Shown piece after piece: positions 26,973 to 39,100 of a stretch of DNA of 64,000 nt; positions within the stretch are counted from its first letter, which is position 1; every line of letters begins with the position of its first letter. Made by a program: the position numbers and the translations under genes. This DNA comes from a virus: IMG/VR virus record IMGVR_UViG_3300027779_002128, positions 1 to 64,000 of that record. One strand, written 5' to 3'. A model generated the notes under the pieces. The model was not told the DNA's origin. It did not search any database and worked only from the letters and a program-made list of their open reading frames with translations.

Positions 26973-29900
26973 CTAAATGCCGAAGCCACCGAAGTCTATT
27001 ACAATATTAGAGAAATCAATGTCGTCGATATTGATTGGGTTAGCTTCTAACCAGGCTATTGCCGCCGCAATGTCAACATCTTCAACTACAGCATTTACTG
27101 TTGGTTGAATGGCAACTGGTGCTACATAGCCACAGGTTGATGAGTTGTATGCTATTACACTATTATAACTTCCGCCATTTCCATCAGCATAAGTTCCCAT
27201 TAATGTTGTACCGACGCAATGCTGAGTAACATAAGTTCCATAAGGACTATATACTGTGTTGATACTGATTCCACCTTCTTGACTATTGTCAATTGTAGTA
27301 TCGTCGGTAATTACAACAACAGTTGTTGTAATTCCGTTTTCGATGACAGTTCCACCATCTACTGCTGTTGATTTAGGTGTTCCATTTGCGTAATAGTAGC
27401 CAGATGCCATTGCCATTGCATAACTATCATAGCCAACTGCTATCCACCAACCGTCAGTTACTGTATCTATAATAACTGTTGTAGTCTTTAAAGATCCATC
27501 ATAGTTATACAAGCCAGTAGCTATAGCTTCAACGTAATTATCATAACCTGCTGTTGTCCACCAGTATACTGGTACAAATACAGGTGGTATCAATGTTCCA
27601 TCTTCGTAGTACAAGCCAGTTGCCATTGCTAGTGCATGGGTAGCGAAGCCTAATTCAATCCACCAATATGTAGTTACTGTAGTGCCAATCCATCCCGGAA
27701 TGTTAGTTGCCATAGCTGTTAAAGTAATAGTTCCACCAGTTATTGTTGCCTTACTATCTGTGTTGTAGAACTGCCAAGTAAACACACAAGATGAAGTATG
27801 TATACTGCTAAAAAGGTTTTCTGCATCTACATTTAATGTACATGTACTGCCTGAGAAACTTGTTGAAGCTATAGCGTCTCCCATAGCTATTCTCTGTCCT
27901 GGCCCCCAATAACTATAGTTAACGTTGTTGTCATAGAAGATATCAGGTTGCCATAATATGTCTTCTTGACTAGTAAAGCTCGTAATTTCCCCAACTCCGG
28001 TTATCTTTGGAATCCAGGCGCCTTCTAAAGGTATTGGAGATGCATAAGACAATGCTCCGGAATTATTACCAATATATGATCCTTGTCTACCAACAGTAAA
28101 TGTTGAATCACTATTTAATGTTACACTTACTGCAACTGTTCCATTATAGCCTGATTCCAAAGAATGGCCGCCTGATGCCAATGCTGAGATTGATGATAAG
28201 GTTACAGTAGGTAAGGTAACTGGCTCTGCATGTATATTTGTAATTGTTAATGTACCTGAACTATGATAAAGTATGCCGTCCCTATAAACACTAATAACAC
28301 CAGTTTCATCTGCATAATGAGTAGCTCGTGTAGTTGATGTTACTGTAAACGATCCTGTGTAAACGTTTTGTGCAGTAAATGATGTTGTAAAACTACCACT
28401 GGTTGCAGTAACTGATGCGGCCGGAAACGTTGTGTCCCAGGTATAATTATTTTGTGTAAAGTTCACACCAACAAGTGTCATCGTAAATGCCGAGCCTTCG
28501 TCAAGCGTACTTACATTTACACCTGTTTGACTTGTTACTATCGTTGGCTCACCTGTATTAGTTACTGTACAAGTTTTTGTAATTGCAGTCGCATCATTCC
28601 ATGCAGGTGTGCCAGCAACTGGTGTAGCTGTTAGGCTTATAGTCCTTGTTGCAGAGCTATTGCTAGGCTGTGTTTGCCATGTAAATGTCATCGAATTTGC
28701 TGTTATTGGTCTATCTGAGTTCCAAATAGACGGAGATTGGTAATCTGTGTACCAGCCATCTGATATAGTAACATACTGTCCAATTGCATGTTGTGTATTT
28801 AATGTTGCTGTAATTGTTTTATACTCGTCAGTAACAGTTGTCTCACCTAACGTCCAACTTACAAGCGTTGGTACAGCATTGTCTACTACTGTTTTATCAA
28901 TAGTAATTGATTGCTGAATAACTTTTGAACCACTTATTGCAGTACCTGTTGTACCATCAGGTTGTGTGTATGTAGCCGATGCTGATACAGTCAGCTTATA
29001 TTGAGTCTCTCCTACACTTGAATATGTATATGTTTTTTGTACTCTATGTGCTACACCATCTAACGAATCGCCAAATTCAGAAGTTACGTTAGTCCAACTG
29101 CTTCCACCGTCTGTACTTTTTTCTACTACATGGCTGTAAGCAAATGGTGATGTTACTTTCCACCCAGGCGACATAGGAATACTTGCACTATATGAAAAGT
29201 TTGTTCTTATCTGAGGATTACTTGTTGCTGTACCATCAGTGTACTCTACTATAGTACCACTCCCATTTATCCCGCCACCTGGTAAAGCAAAGACGCTACC
29301 AGCTATCGCTACGCCTGGCGCCACTGCCGCACTAGTTACAATTACTTTAAAACTTGCTACTTGTTGTTGACTTGTTTGTTTAATTCCTAAGTCTTCTCCG
29401 TCAGCACCAACTCCTGAAGTAGTTGCAATAGCAACAGCTACATAAGTTTTAGTACCGATAGCATCGTCAGAAGTAGTAAAGGTTGATTGGAATGTTACAG
29501 CTTGGGAGAGTACCGAGGATGTACTTTTACCAAAGTCATTAGCAACTTCTTGTTTAATTTGGTTTAAACCAGTTAATGTAAGTCCGGTTATGAGCCCTAA
29601 ACTGTAGTGATCGTATGACCACCTGCCGTCTGATGTTTGGGTGCCTCCGGCGTCGCCCCAGCCAGGAGACGTTTGGTGTCCGTATGAATTTGTGCTTACT
29701 AAAGTGTATCCACCTCCTGTAGTTTCGTACCAGTTTACTGTTGGGTTTACTTTGTTAGGTACAGGGGTATATAGTAAAACTGGTTGGGATTCAGGTGGTG
29801 TAACATTGATATCAACTGTCATAACAACGTCACCGCTGTTCTGATATATACTTGTAGGTGACTCCGTACTGGAAAGAAGATTAAAAGTTTGACCAGTGGG

Positions 29901-30089
29901 TACGTTGTCTGGAAGTTGTGTTAGGTTATTAAATGAACTAAAACTTAGCGATGGACCTTCAACAGTTGATACGGAATTTGTTGAAGAATTAAGGTATGGC
30001 ACACCTTTATAACTACTGATGCCATCGGTACCTTTAAGATGTGCTTTTATTTCTGAGAGGCTAATTCCACCAGTTTTACTTATTGCCAT
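26973..30089 (-). CDS. Putative fibre-tip adhesin / receptor-binding protein
   Basis: MAISKTGGISLSEI N-terminus of the kind found after S74 fibres; Thr/Ser-rich beta segments; C-terminal WW repeats. Confidence 0.55.
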   Translation of the reverse strand: MAISKTGGISLSEIKAHLKGTDGISSYKGVPYLNSSTNSVSTVEGPSLSFSSFNNLTQLPDNVPTGQTFNLLSSTESPTSIYQNSGDVVMTVDINVTPPESQPVLLYTPVPNKVNPTVNWYETTGGGYTLVSTNSYGHQTSPGWGDAGGTQTSDGRWSYDHYSLGLITGLTLTGLNQIKQEVANDFGKSTSSVLSQAVTFQSTFTTSDDAIGTKTYVAVAIATTSGVGADGEDLGIKQTSQQQVASFKVIVTSAAVAPGVAIAGSVFALPGGGINGSGTIVEYTDGTATSNPQIRTNFSYSASIPMSPGWKVTSPFAYSHVVEKSTDGGSSWTNVTSEFGDSLDGVAHRVQKTYTYSSVGETQYKLTVSASATYTQPDGTTGTAISGSKVIQQSITIDKTVVDNAVPTLVSWTLGETTVTDEYKTITATLNTQHAIGQYVTISDGWYTDYQSPSIWNSDRPITANSMTFTWQTQPSNSSATRTISLTATPVAGTPAWNDATAITKTCTVTNTGEPTIVTSQTGVNVSTLDEGSAFTMTLVGVNFTQNNYTWDTTFPAASVTATSGSFTTSFTAQNVYTGSFTVTSTTRATHYADETGVISVYRDGILYHSSGTLTITNIHAEPVTLPTVTLSSISALASGGHSLESGYNGTVAVSVTLNSDSTFTVGRQGSYIGNNSGALSYASPIPLEGAWIPKITGVGEITSFTSQEDILWQPDIFYDNNVNYSYWGPGQRIAMGDAIASTSFSGSTCTLNVDAENLFSSIHTSSCVFTWQFYNTDSKATITGGTITLTAMATNIPGWIGTTVTTYWWIELGFATHALAMATGLYYEDGTLIPPVFVPVYWWTTAGYDNYVEAIATGLYNYDGSLKTTTVIIDTVTDGWWIAVGYDSYAMAMASGYYYANGTPKSTAVDGGTVIENGITTTVVVITDDTTIDNSQEGGISINTVYSPYGTYVTQHCVGTTLMGTYADGNGGSYNSVIAYNSSTCGYVAPVAIQPTVNAVVEDVDIAAAIAWLEANPINIDDIDFSNIVIDFGGFGI

Positions 30090-32424
30090 TAGCTGATGAC
30101 TCCTGCTTTAACTTAGCCACCTCCGCCTGCAATTCGTTAATTGCATTGATAAGTAAACCAATTGTGTTGCCATATGCAACACTAAGCATGCCATCTTCTT
30201 GTTCGTGAACTGCTTCAGGTAAAACTTTTTGTAAGTCTTGTGCAATTAATCCTGTGCCTCTAATACCGGTGTTTATTTTATCAAATGTAACACCTGTTAG
30301 TTCTGCACATTTTTCTAATGCGTTTTCAATTGGCATTACGTTTTCTTTTAGTCTACTATCAGAGAATGCTGTAATATCGTCAGACGCTAATATTGAACCG
30401 CCTGCTCCAAAAGTAACACTACCACTTGCGCCTGCAAACGATAATGAACCTGTGTAAGCAATATCGGATGCACCCATACTAATACCGCCACTTGAGACAA
30501 TTGCCGCATTAAATGTTTTTTGTCCACCAATTGATTGTGACCCTGCTTTTGTTACAAAGTCTGTTGTGTCTGGATCTGAAAGAGAGCCTGTGTTTGCTAT
30601 TTGTCCACTAGCATTAATAGATATGCCTGAGCCTGCTGTAAACAAACCTCTAATGTCTGCTGGTGTTACTTCTATGCTATCTGCGTTTACAGTAATACCT
30701 GTGCCACCTATAACATTAAGTGTTCTACTTGCGTCAATAGTTCCGCCACCAGTTAAGCCTGTGCCAGCACTAATGCTTACGCTCGAATGATCTATATGTT
30801 CGTTTGCTACAAAGTTATTTAAACCATCATGATCGATCTCTGAAGCGTCTGCTGTAATTTGTCCGCCTGCATCAATATCAACACCATTTGCACCTGAGAG
30901 CAAACCTCTAATGTCTGCGTCGCTAGGTCCTGTGTAAGTTATTGTACCGCCGGATTTAGAAAGACTGCCTAAGCCGCCTGCATCAACTACTGCAATTGCA
31001 CCTGCTACTTGTCCTGATGATGAATATCTGTTTGTACTACCTTCTGTTAAATCGTCTGTAGTAAAACCACTTAAAGTAACAGCTATATCATCTGCATTAA
31101 CAGTAATACCTGTGCCTGCGCCAATGTCTATTGTAAATGTTGTTTCTGTTACACCGTTAACGACTGCTGTTGTATTAGCACTTACTGTTCCACCTCTTGC
31201 AAATATGTTTGAAATAGTACTTACAGGGTCTCTCCAAAATAACGCACCAGAACCATTTGTAAATAATTGCTGTCCGCTAGTTCCGTCTGCTGTTGGATAT
31301 ACCTGTGTACCAAGTTTAAATGCTGATGTATCTAATGATGTAAAGTAGCCTGCTCCTGCTCTGGCTCCTGTTGTACCTAAGTTACCAGCACTAGAAAATG
31401 TTAATGCCCCACCGACGTTAACGTTTGTTGCATACGCATTAGTAAATGGTGTTCCTAAACTACCTATTGCTGTTGTACCTGATGTAGATACAATGCTACC
31501 TGTTGTTAATGCTGATATGTGACCTTCTGCATATTTTTTAGAGCTTGACCCTAAGTCAATAGTGTCCGTAGTTGCTGGTAGTAAGTCTGCACCACTGTGG
31601 AATACAGCACTTGCAGATACATTAGATGAATCTGAACCATAACTACCAATATTTAACTTGTATGCGGCATCACTTCTAAGTGCTCTAGATGATGTGCCTA
31701 TTGTTGATGTATTATCTGTTCTTAAATTAATACCTGGACTTATAGTTGATCCTATACCTCCAGTTTGTGTTAACTGTGAGTAATAATTTATCGATGCGCC
31801 TTCTGTTGTACTTGCGGCATCACCTGCTGTAAATTGAGTATGGCCACTAAACAACGCAACAATGTGTTCTTCAGAAGTATAAGTAGGTGTGCTACCTCCA
31901 CTGTTTGTTAACATTATGGCAGTAACAGCTCTTGGCACTGACGCTGAATCTACTAAAAATATATTTCTTAATTTTGTTCCGTACCTTGATGGTGACGAAA
32001 CTGCTGACACGCCTGAGAATGATGTATTTGTTTCTCCAGGTATGCCAACCATTTTATATCCTGTTCCATCATTGATATAAAATTTAGAATTTGTTTTATC
32101 GTAATATTGTGTTGCTGATGCATTTTCACCAGACGGTACACCAGATGCACTTACTAGCGGTGTTAGTGGAACCCATTGTCCGCCTACACTATCGTACACT
32201 CTTAAAACTTTTTTAGTAGAATCGTACCATATTTGTCCGTTAGTTTGTTTTGTTGGAGCGGTCCCATGTGCAAAGTTATCTAATAAATCAACAAATGCAT
32301 TAGCAATCGGCTGTCCGTAGTTAGCATAATTTCTACCTACTAACTGAATTGCAAAGTCGTCATTAAGAGCACCATCAGGAATGGTAATACTTGAGCCTGC
32401 TCTGTTATCTATAATATATGGCAC
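30076..32424 (-). CDS. Tail fibre protein with C-terminal peptidase S74 chaperone
   Basis: AFSDSRLKEN, GLIAQD, SVAY..LINAINEL coiled coil; N-terminus paralogous to 24354-26891; GTG start with AGGA RBS. Confidence 0.85.
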   Translation of the reverse strand: MPYIIDNRAGSSITIPDGALNDDFAIQLVGRNYANYGQPIANAFVDLLDNFAHGTAPTKQTNGQIWYDSTKKVLRVYDSVGGQWVPLTPLVSASGVPSGENASATQYYDKTNSKFYINDGTGYKMVGIPGETNTSFSGVSAVSSPSRYGTKLRNIFLVDSASVPRAVTAIMLTNSGGSTPTYTSEEHIVALFSGHTQFTAGDAASTTEGASINYYSQLTQTGGIGSTISPGINLRTDNTSTIGTSSRALRSDAAYKLNIGSYGSDSSNVSASAVFHSGADLLPATTDTIDLGSSSKKYAEGHISALTTGSIVSTSGTTAIGSLGTPFTNAYATNVNVGGALTFSSAGNLGTTGARAGAGYFTSLDTSAFKLGTQVYPTADGTSGQQLFTNGSGALFWRDPVSTISNIFARGGTVSANTTAVVNGVTETTFTIDIGAGTGITVNADDIAVTLSGFTTDDLTEGSTNRYSSSGQVAGAIAVVDAGGLGSLSKSGGTITYTGPSDADIRGLLSGANGVDIDAGGQITADASEIDHDGLNNFVANEHIDHSSVSISAGTGLTGGGTIDASRTLNVIGGTGITVNADSIEVTPADIRGLFTAGSGISINASGQIANTGSLSDPDTTDFVTKAGSQSIGGQKTFNAAIVSSGGISMGASDIAYTGSLSFAGASGSVTFGAGGSILASDDITAFSDSRLKENVMPIENALEKCAELTGVTFDKINTGIRGTGLIAQDLQKVLPEAVHEQEDGMLSVAYGNTIGLLINAINELQAEVAKLKQESSANGNK

Positions 32425-32435
32425 AGTTTATCCTC

Positions 32436-33101
32436 TTAACTTAATTGTATTCTAATTGTATAGATTACTTCTATAACTCTGTTTTTGCTTTTTTGTACTG
32501 GATGAAATATAACATGTGTAAGCATTGCACTGGTATCAATACTAGTAGACCATAAACCTGTTGGTGTCGTTGGCTTTGAAAATAATGCTAATTCATCGAA
32601 TACATAGTTGCCTTCGTTTGACACACTACTATCAAATGCATCTGCATCTGATGGTTCGCTGTATCCTAACGTACATGTAATTTTTAAATCTGTATAACTA
32701 ACGCCATTGATAATATCAATTTTGTTTGTTGCTCTTTCACTAACTGGGTTTTCAGCATCAGTACTTACTGGTTTAGCAAATGTTCTACTATATAAATTAG
32801 CACCTGACTCGTAACCTTCTGTTACTCTAGGTGTTTTATATACAACTTTGCCTGCTGTATCAACACTAGTTGCACCGTTACCGAATGCCATGTAATGTAT
32901 AAATGCATCATCGGCGTTTGTTAGTGCTTGGGCAACAATGTATGCCATGTTCCCATAGTGAATAGCGTTTCGTTTGTTTACTAGTTCTTGACCAGTTTCT
33001 TTATCACGAATTAAAATATGTCCGCTAACGTTTAAACCTAGATTGTCATCTGGCTTGTCTTGCGGCTTCTTTTCTGTTTCTTTTAGTTTATCGTTGCTCA
33101 T
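32436..33101 (-). CDS. Baseplate/tail-associated structural protein
   Basis: GHILIRD..NAI..MAFGNG..FDELAL..FHPVQKS..YTIRI; start probably ATG 33101 after ATAAATA. Confidence 0.6.
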   Translation of the reverse strand: MSNDKLKETEKKPQDKPDDNLGLNVSGHILIRDKETGQELVNKRNAIHYGNMAYIVAQALTNADDAFIHYMAFGNGATSVDTAGKVVYKTPRVTEGYESGANLYSRTFAKPVSTDAENPVSERATNKIDIINGVSYTDLKITCTLGYSEPSDADAFDSSVSNEGNYVFDELALFSKPTTPTGLWSTSIDTSAMLTHVIFHPVQKSKNRVIEVIYTIRIQLS

Positions 33102-33106
33102 ACCTT

Positions 33107-33113
33107 TATTTAT
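33107..33113 (-). promoter_or_regulatory. ATAAATA late-type promoter motif, 5 nt before ATG
   Basis: ATAAATA-AAGGT-ATG. Confidence 0.6.
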
Positions 33114-33137
33114 CACTTTATTAAAGCACCTTTTAAT

Positions 33138-36100
33138 TTAAAGTTTATGTAAAAATTTCATAATACTTGTTGCGTTTGCCAAGTCGGCATTTCCTCTATC
33201 TGCTAAACTTAATGCTGACTGACCTGATATTGTTGCTGAGTCAAAGTCATCGGACCCATCTTGCCCAGCATACACAAAACTTCTTAGTGTTGCTGTTCCA
33301 TTTTCAACAAACAATGTGTTGTCTAAAGTATCTGCATAACTGGCAGTTATTGCCCAAACACTACTAGCATTTGCTGAAACTTTTACAACTTCAAATAAGG
33401 CTACGTTTGCGTTTGCAAATACTCTAATACCTTCTTGTAATGCAATGTTGGCAACACCTGTGCCTATTGCTGTTAATGTTGCTGTTGTACTTGTTACGTT
33501 TGTAATTGTTACACCTACGTCTGCTGTTGTAATATTACCTGCCGCTATTTTATCCCATGCTCCAGATACAGTCCAGTCGTTATCAGTTGTATCGCCAGGT
33601 GTATTGTCTACTGCTTCGTCCCATGTACTTGGGCTACTGTATCTTGTTCCTGTATCAAGCCATACATTGCTAGATGGGTTTAAGTTATTAAAGTGCTCTG
33701 TTGCTTCTGCACTATATACTGGTTGCCCTATTGGATGAGTTCCTGTAGATGTTCCAAACGCACCCCTAGTTAATGCACTTAATACTTTACCGTTTCTTCT
33801 GCCGTATTGTATTCTCTCTGGTCCAACCCATATACTGCCTGGGATAATCGAAGTTGGGTTTGGCAAGAATGATGCATTGTCAACAGTTATACTTGTTGAT
33901 GAAATAGTCATTGCTTTTGTTATCTTTGTTGTTGCTGTACTACTTATACGCAAGAAGTCAACATCACCAAATAAACTGTGATGCATTCTGTATGTAACTT
34001 CTCTAGCACTTGGCGACACTTTTGTTGTTTCTCTTTCTTGTACAACTGTTAATGCTGTATCATAAGAGCCTGTTCCACCTACTGTAGTTGCGGCATCCCA
34101 ACCGTTAGTTGAATCTACTGCAAAGAAGTTATCAGAATCATCAGGGTCAACACCTGCTGTAGCAGTAACTATTGTATTGGTTAACTTATAATTAAAGTTC
34201 TGACCTCTAACGCTAACAACAGTTCCACTAGCAACATCATTCTTTAACATGCTGTTAACTGTAACTGTTGTTCCAGAAATACTTGCAACTTCGCCGACAT
34301 CCTTGCCGGCTATTGTTATAATTTGTCCAACCAATACATTTGATACACTTACAAACGGAAGTTTATTATCATTTACATAAACTGCAGAGCTTGTTGTCTC
34401 TGTTAATGTTTCAGTAAGTGCTAAATGTATTTCAGTATACCCTGCACCACCTGTTGAAACTGTTATTGCTGTTACTGTGCCTGCCGCATTTACACTTGCT
34501 GTTGCAACTGCTGTTGTTGTAGGTAAGTTACCAAGTGCATCTGTAATAACTACTGTAGGTGTTTTGTATCCAATACCGCCTCTTGTAATTACAACGCTTG
34601 AATTATCTTCTTTTAAAGATGTGGTACTGTGGAAAAGTGTTGCATTAGCAACATCAAGTCCGTCAAATACACTAACATTGCCTGCGGCTCCTCTTGAGAA
34701 GTCCGAAGTAGTAACTGTGAAAATAACACTTTCTAAAGGATCAAGTAATGCAAGTTCTTCTGGTCTTTCCTCACCATACGCAACTCTCTGGAATGTTATT
34801 CCATCAAATCCATCATACGACTCGCCATTTTTTCTTAGTGTTACTGGGTTAGCATTTGAATCAAACACACCTTCGTAACTTACTATTTGTTTAGAGTTAT
34901 CCCATTTAGTATCACCTATTCCGTATGTTGTAACAGGACCGTAGTTTGTTAAGTCTCTGCTATCAGTAAATACTGTATCGTCGTTGTCAGTGTTTTCATC
35001 AAACAAGTCCGAGTCAAATCCAAAGTCTGTTTGTATTGCACTCATATAATCTGCTTGATCAACTATGCTAGAGAACTTAGTAGCATCTAATGTTTCGCCT
35101 CTGAAGTTTCCGCCAACTTTATCTTTAATTAATGCTAATGTGTTTTTAAGTTTTCCGTTAGTAACTAAGCCTGCCATAACAGTACCGTTGCCTACAATAG
35201 TTGTATTTCTTGCGGCTGTTACATCATTGTAGTGTGTATTAACTTCTGCAATAAACTGAGCCTGTACTTCTGCATCAAACTTAAATAATTTGTCTGCGGC
35301 TCTAACACTTGCATTTGCTGATACTTCTTGTTTTGTTTGTACTGACAAGTTAGCAATGTTATATCCAATGCTTGTTTGCAATGATACATTAGCAACGTCC
35401 CATGCTCGTTCAGTTAATTGATAGTTAGTCCTATCAAAACTAATTGTAGTATTTGCACGTCTAATTGGGTCACTAGTTGTATAACCATCTGCTGTTGCAG
35501 TAACATAATCAATGTACTGTCTTGAGTTAGACATAATGTTTACATCTTGATCGACTCCTTCATCAAGTATTCTAACTGTTCCTGTTACTAAGTCAACAAA
35601 TGGTGGTCTGTCATAATCACTAATATTATTTTGGCCTATTGAATCAATTGGAGTTGATTTGCCGTCTTTATATTCTCTAATTTTTGCACTGAATGGTTTA
35701 ACTTCGTTCATGTAATCTAATACTTTCTGGAAGTTGTCTGCTTTAAATCCGTTCAATGTTATTAAGTCATTTTCTTCTTTGTTAATATATAAGTACGAAG
35801 TTTTAAATGCCCAGCTCAATTGTTTCTGTTCCATGTATGCATGTTTCATCATTTCAAAGAACAACTCATTCCAATGAACAGTACTAACAAATACATTATC
35901 TTTTAATGCTGTTAGTATAAGTCTTAGCTCACTGCTTAATGTTGGATTAGTATTATCTGTGTAAACAGTTGTTGGTAGTTTCACTGTGTCATTAACTACA
36001 CTTACTAGTTTAAACTTCTTAGTTGGTCCGTTGTACATCCACAGTTGGGAAGTATCATTTTGATTACTTTTAACTTGTACTACACCACCGTCTTTAACAC

Positions 36101-39100
36101 TAGTAATACCTTTTAGTTCAGACACACTTGTTACATTAAAGATAGGCTTTAACGTATCAGTATATCTTATAGCTTCGTTAGTAACAGGGTCAGTTCTCTG
36201 TACATCAAACCAATCTGTAGTTGTTAAGTATGCTCTTGCTGTTGGTAAACTTGCGTCCCAACCAGGGTTAACTGAGTTAGTTCTAATGTTTGAAAGTATT
36301 CTATTTAATACACTTACCATAACACGTCTAGCGGCCTTAACATCTTTAAACATTGTTTGTCTTGGTCTAAAGGCTATGCCGTATTTCTCAACGTCACTTA
36401 GTTTAGGATCTGGTACTGGTGATGCTTCAGCATTCTCACCACATAAGCTATCAATAAGTTTATCTGTTAAGTGGTCTGGTACTGAGCTATCAGTGTCGCC
36501 TTCTCTCATTAATTTCCATGCAGTATGCGAGATACCTTCTGGATTTAAGTTTCTACTTAGATTAATTTGTAAGTGTGATTCTTCTTCACGTATGTCTGAA
36601 ATGTTATGCAACAACATGCTTTTATCACTAACAAAACTTATCATGTCTAATCCATAACCTACTGGATCGGCAATATATTTTGCAATAGTTCTAATATCTA
36701 GTTGTCTATTTTCGTTACGCTTTGCTCGGTCGTCTAGTTCACGTCTATTAGTTACCCAATAGTAATAGTACATTGTGTATTCACCAGTCTTTGCATCTTG
36801 TCTTCTTTCAGTAACAAAACGATTGGACCAACGTGGTTGTCCATCACCTGTCCAGTTAACAGGTTTGGCTTTACTTTCAACCCACTCACATACTGTAACT
36901 TGGCTTCCAGGGAAAGCAGAACCCCAATTGGCATTTCTTTCTTTGTCAGTTCCTTGCTCATACCAGTTGTATCTAATTGTACTAGTGTCCCACCAAACTT
37001 TACCTATATTGTTTTTGCCAAAGTTTGTTCTTGCATTATTATAACTTACAGGGTCATACTCACTTATGAATGATATTTCATTTGATATGAATCCAGGTAG
37101 TATACCTTTGAACGGATCCCAGAAGTCTAAGTCGTTTATTTTATTTCCTGTATCTGGGTCGTATACTAATGCATTGTTTATAAACTCTACATCAACTAAC
37201 GGTGTTTGCCATCTAGTAGGAATACCATTTTCTAAGTATGCCCAACCGCCTTCAACAAAGTCAGCCATAGTGTAAACAGTATTAGTATAGTTTGTAACAC
37301 CACTTGCGTTATCAATAATTGCTTGTTTTAAGTTTGAATAATTATCAACCCATGCTTTAGGTTCTTCCATTAATGTTGTTGTTGGACTTGTATTGCTAAT
37401 AGTTGGTTCTAAATCAGCAATAACATTCCTCTTGTTAAACCGCTTACTTGCAAAGTAATTTACTGGAGCACTTTGTTTTGCTGTGCCGTTAAGTGTTACT
37501 TCGTTTCCAAAGATATCTGATATGTCGTAAGCAAACAATTCACTCATACGTGAACTTGAGCCATCACCAAATATACTGTTGTTATCGTTTAAGCCATATG
37601 GATCAACACCGTTAGGCATTAATTTATTAAACATTCCTAGTTTACCTGTGCCGTAAGCATCTAACCTAGAAGGCGGAGATATAGGAGCAATTTTTTCTGC
37701 ACATATTAATGTTAAAATTGCTGTGTTAGTAAACATACCATCTGCCGCTTCTGGATATCTTTCTTGTAATTGTTGTGTTGTTAATAATCCTAATTCATCG
37801 TTAGTATCATACAATTCTTGAATGTCTGCTATTGCTTGCTCGTCTGTATATTCGGTTGCGCCACTGTCTGCTTCAAGTATAGCTGTAATACATAGCATGC
37901 CATTATTATAATCACCAATTGGTATACCTAGTTTTTCTAAGGTTCCTGGGGTTGGTGAATCTATGTTCCATCCAGGGAATGTATCAGATACAAACGTTAC
38001 TTCACCTGAGTCACCGAATGGAGTATATTCTGATCTTGCTTCTGACGGTAGATACCCTGCACCATTTAATGCATTATTAAGAGCTCTTGACAATGAACGC
38101 GGTGCAAAAGTTTCGCTTACTGTGTCTGGCAAACCTAGTAAGTCTTTAGCATTTCCTCTTTCGGTACAGTTTGGAATTTCTTGTGCTGTTAAGAATACTC
38201 TAGCACCTTCTCCGCCTGCTTGTTCGTCTGGGTTATAGTAACCGTAGTTATATTTCTTAGGATCTCTTTCTATTACTTTTGTCTTAAGAATAAGTTTGCC
38301 TAAGTTGAATTGTTCTTTTGCCCAAAGTTGCGGGCTTTCAAGATAGGCGGCTTTACTTGCACTCCTTAAATCAACGCATACATACGTTGTTGGGTCGTAT
38401 GCACCTGGAGTACCTGAGTATGGCTGGAAATGTGCTCCATCCCATACAAATTCTGGATATTTTTCCCAGTCAGGGTGCTTAAAGCCTTTATCGTAACCTA
38501 GTGTATTAGTTAGTTCAATTATTAATGCATTCAGTTGTGCTATTTCAAGGTCGGTCAGTCCTTGGACCGTATTCTGTTTTGCAACAAGTCTGTCAAGTAT
38601 TAATTTATCATTAACAGACAGATTTTCGCTATTTCTGAGAGCTAGTTCCTTAGTAGAGCTAAATGGTGCGTACTGATATTCAGGATGATCCGGTCCGTAT
38701 AATGTTAATTCAGGCTGGGTAGGGTCGCCGTAACCAAGTGTACGTGATGCATCGTAAGTCACTTGCTCTACTTGTTCAGCTAAAGTTTCTAATGATGTAT
38801 TCTGTCTTAAGGCACCTTGTAATGCATAATCGTATTCTAGTGGAATACCCATTGTTAGGTCTGTTGGGAATTCTTTATATAAACCTCTGTCTATAATTCG
38901 TATGGCTGTAATAGCACCGGTTGTATTAACATCTGTAACAATAAATTTAGCAACTCTTAAAGGCCCGTTGCCTCTTTTATCTTCCTTAGGATTACCGTTG
39001 GCGTCAAGAGTAACATTCTGTCCTACTGCTATCGTAAGTTTAGCATCATTCTTAGGAGTAGTAGGATTAATTGTGTCAACTAATTTGCCGTTTGCGGTCA

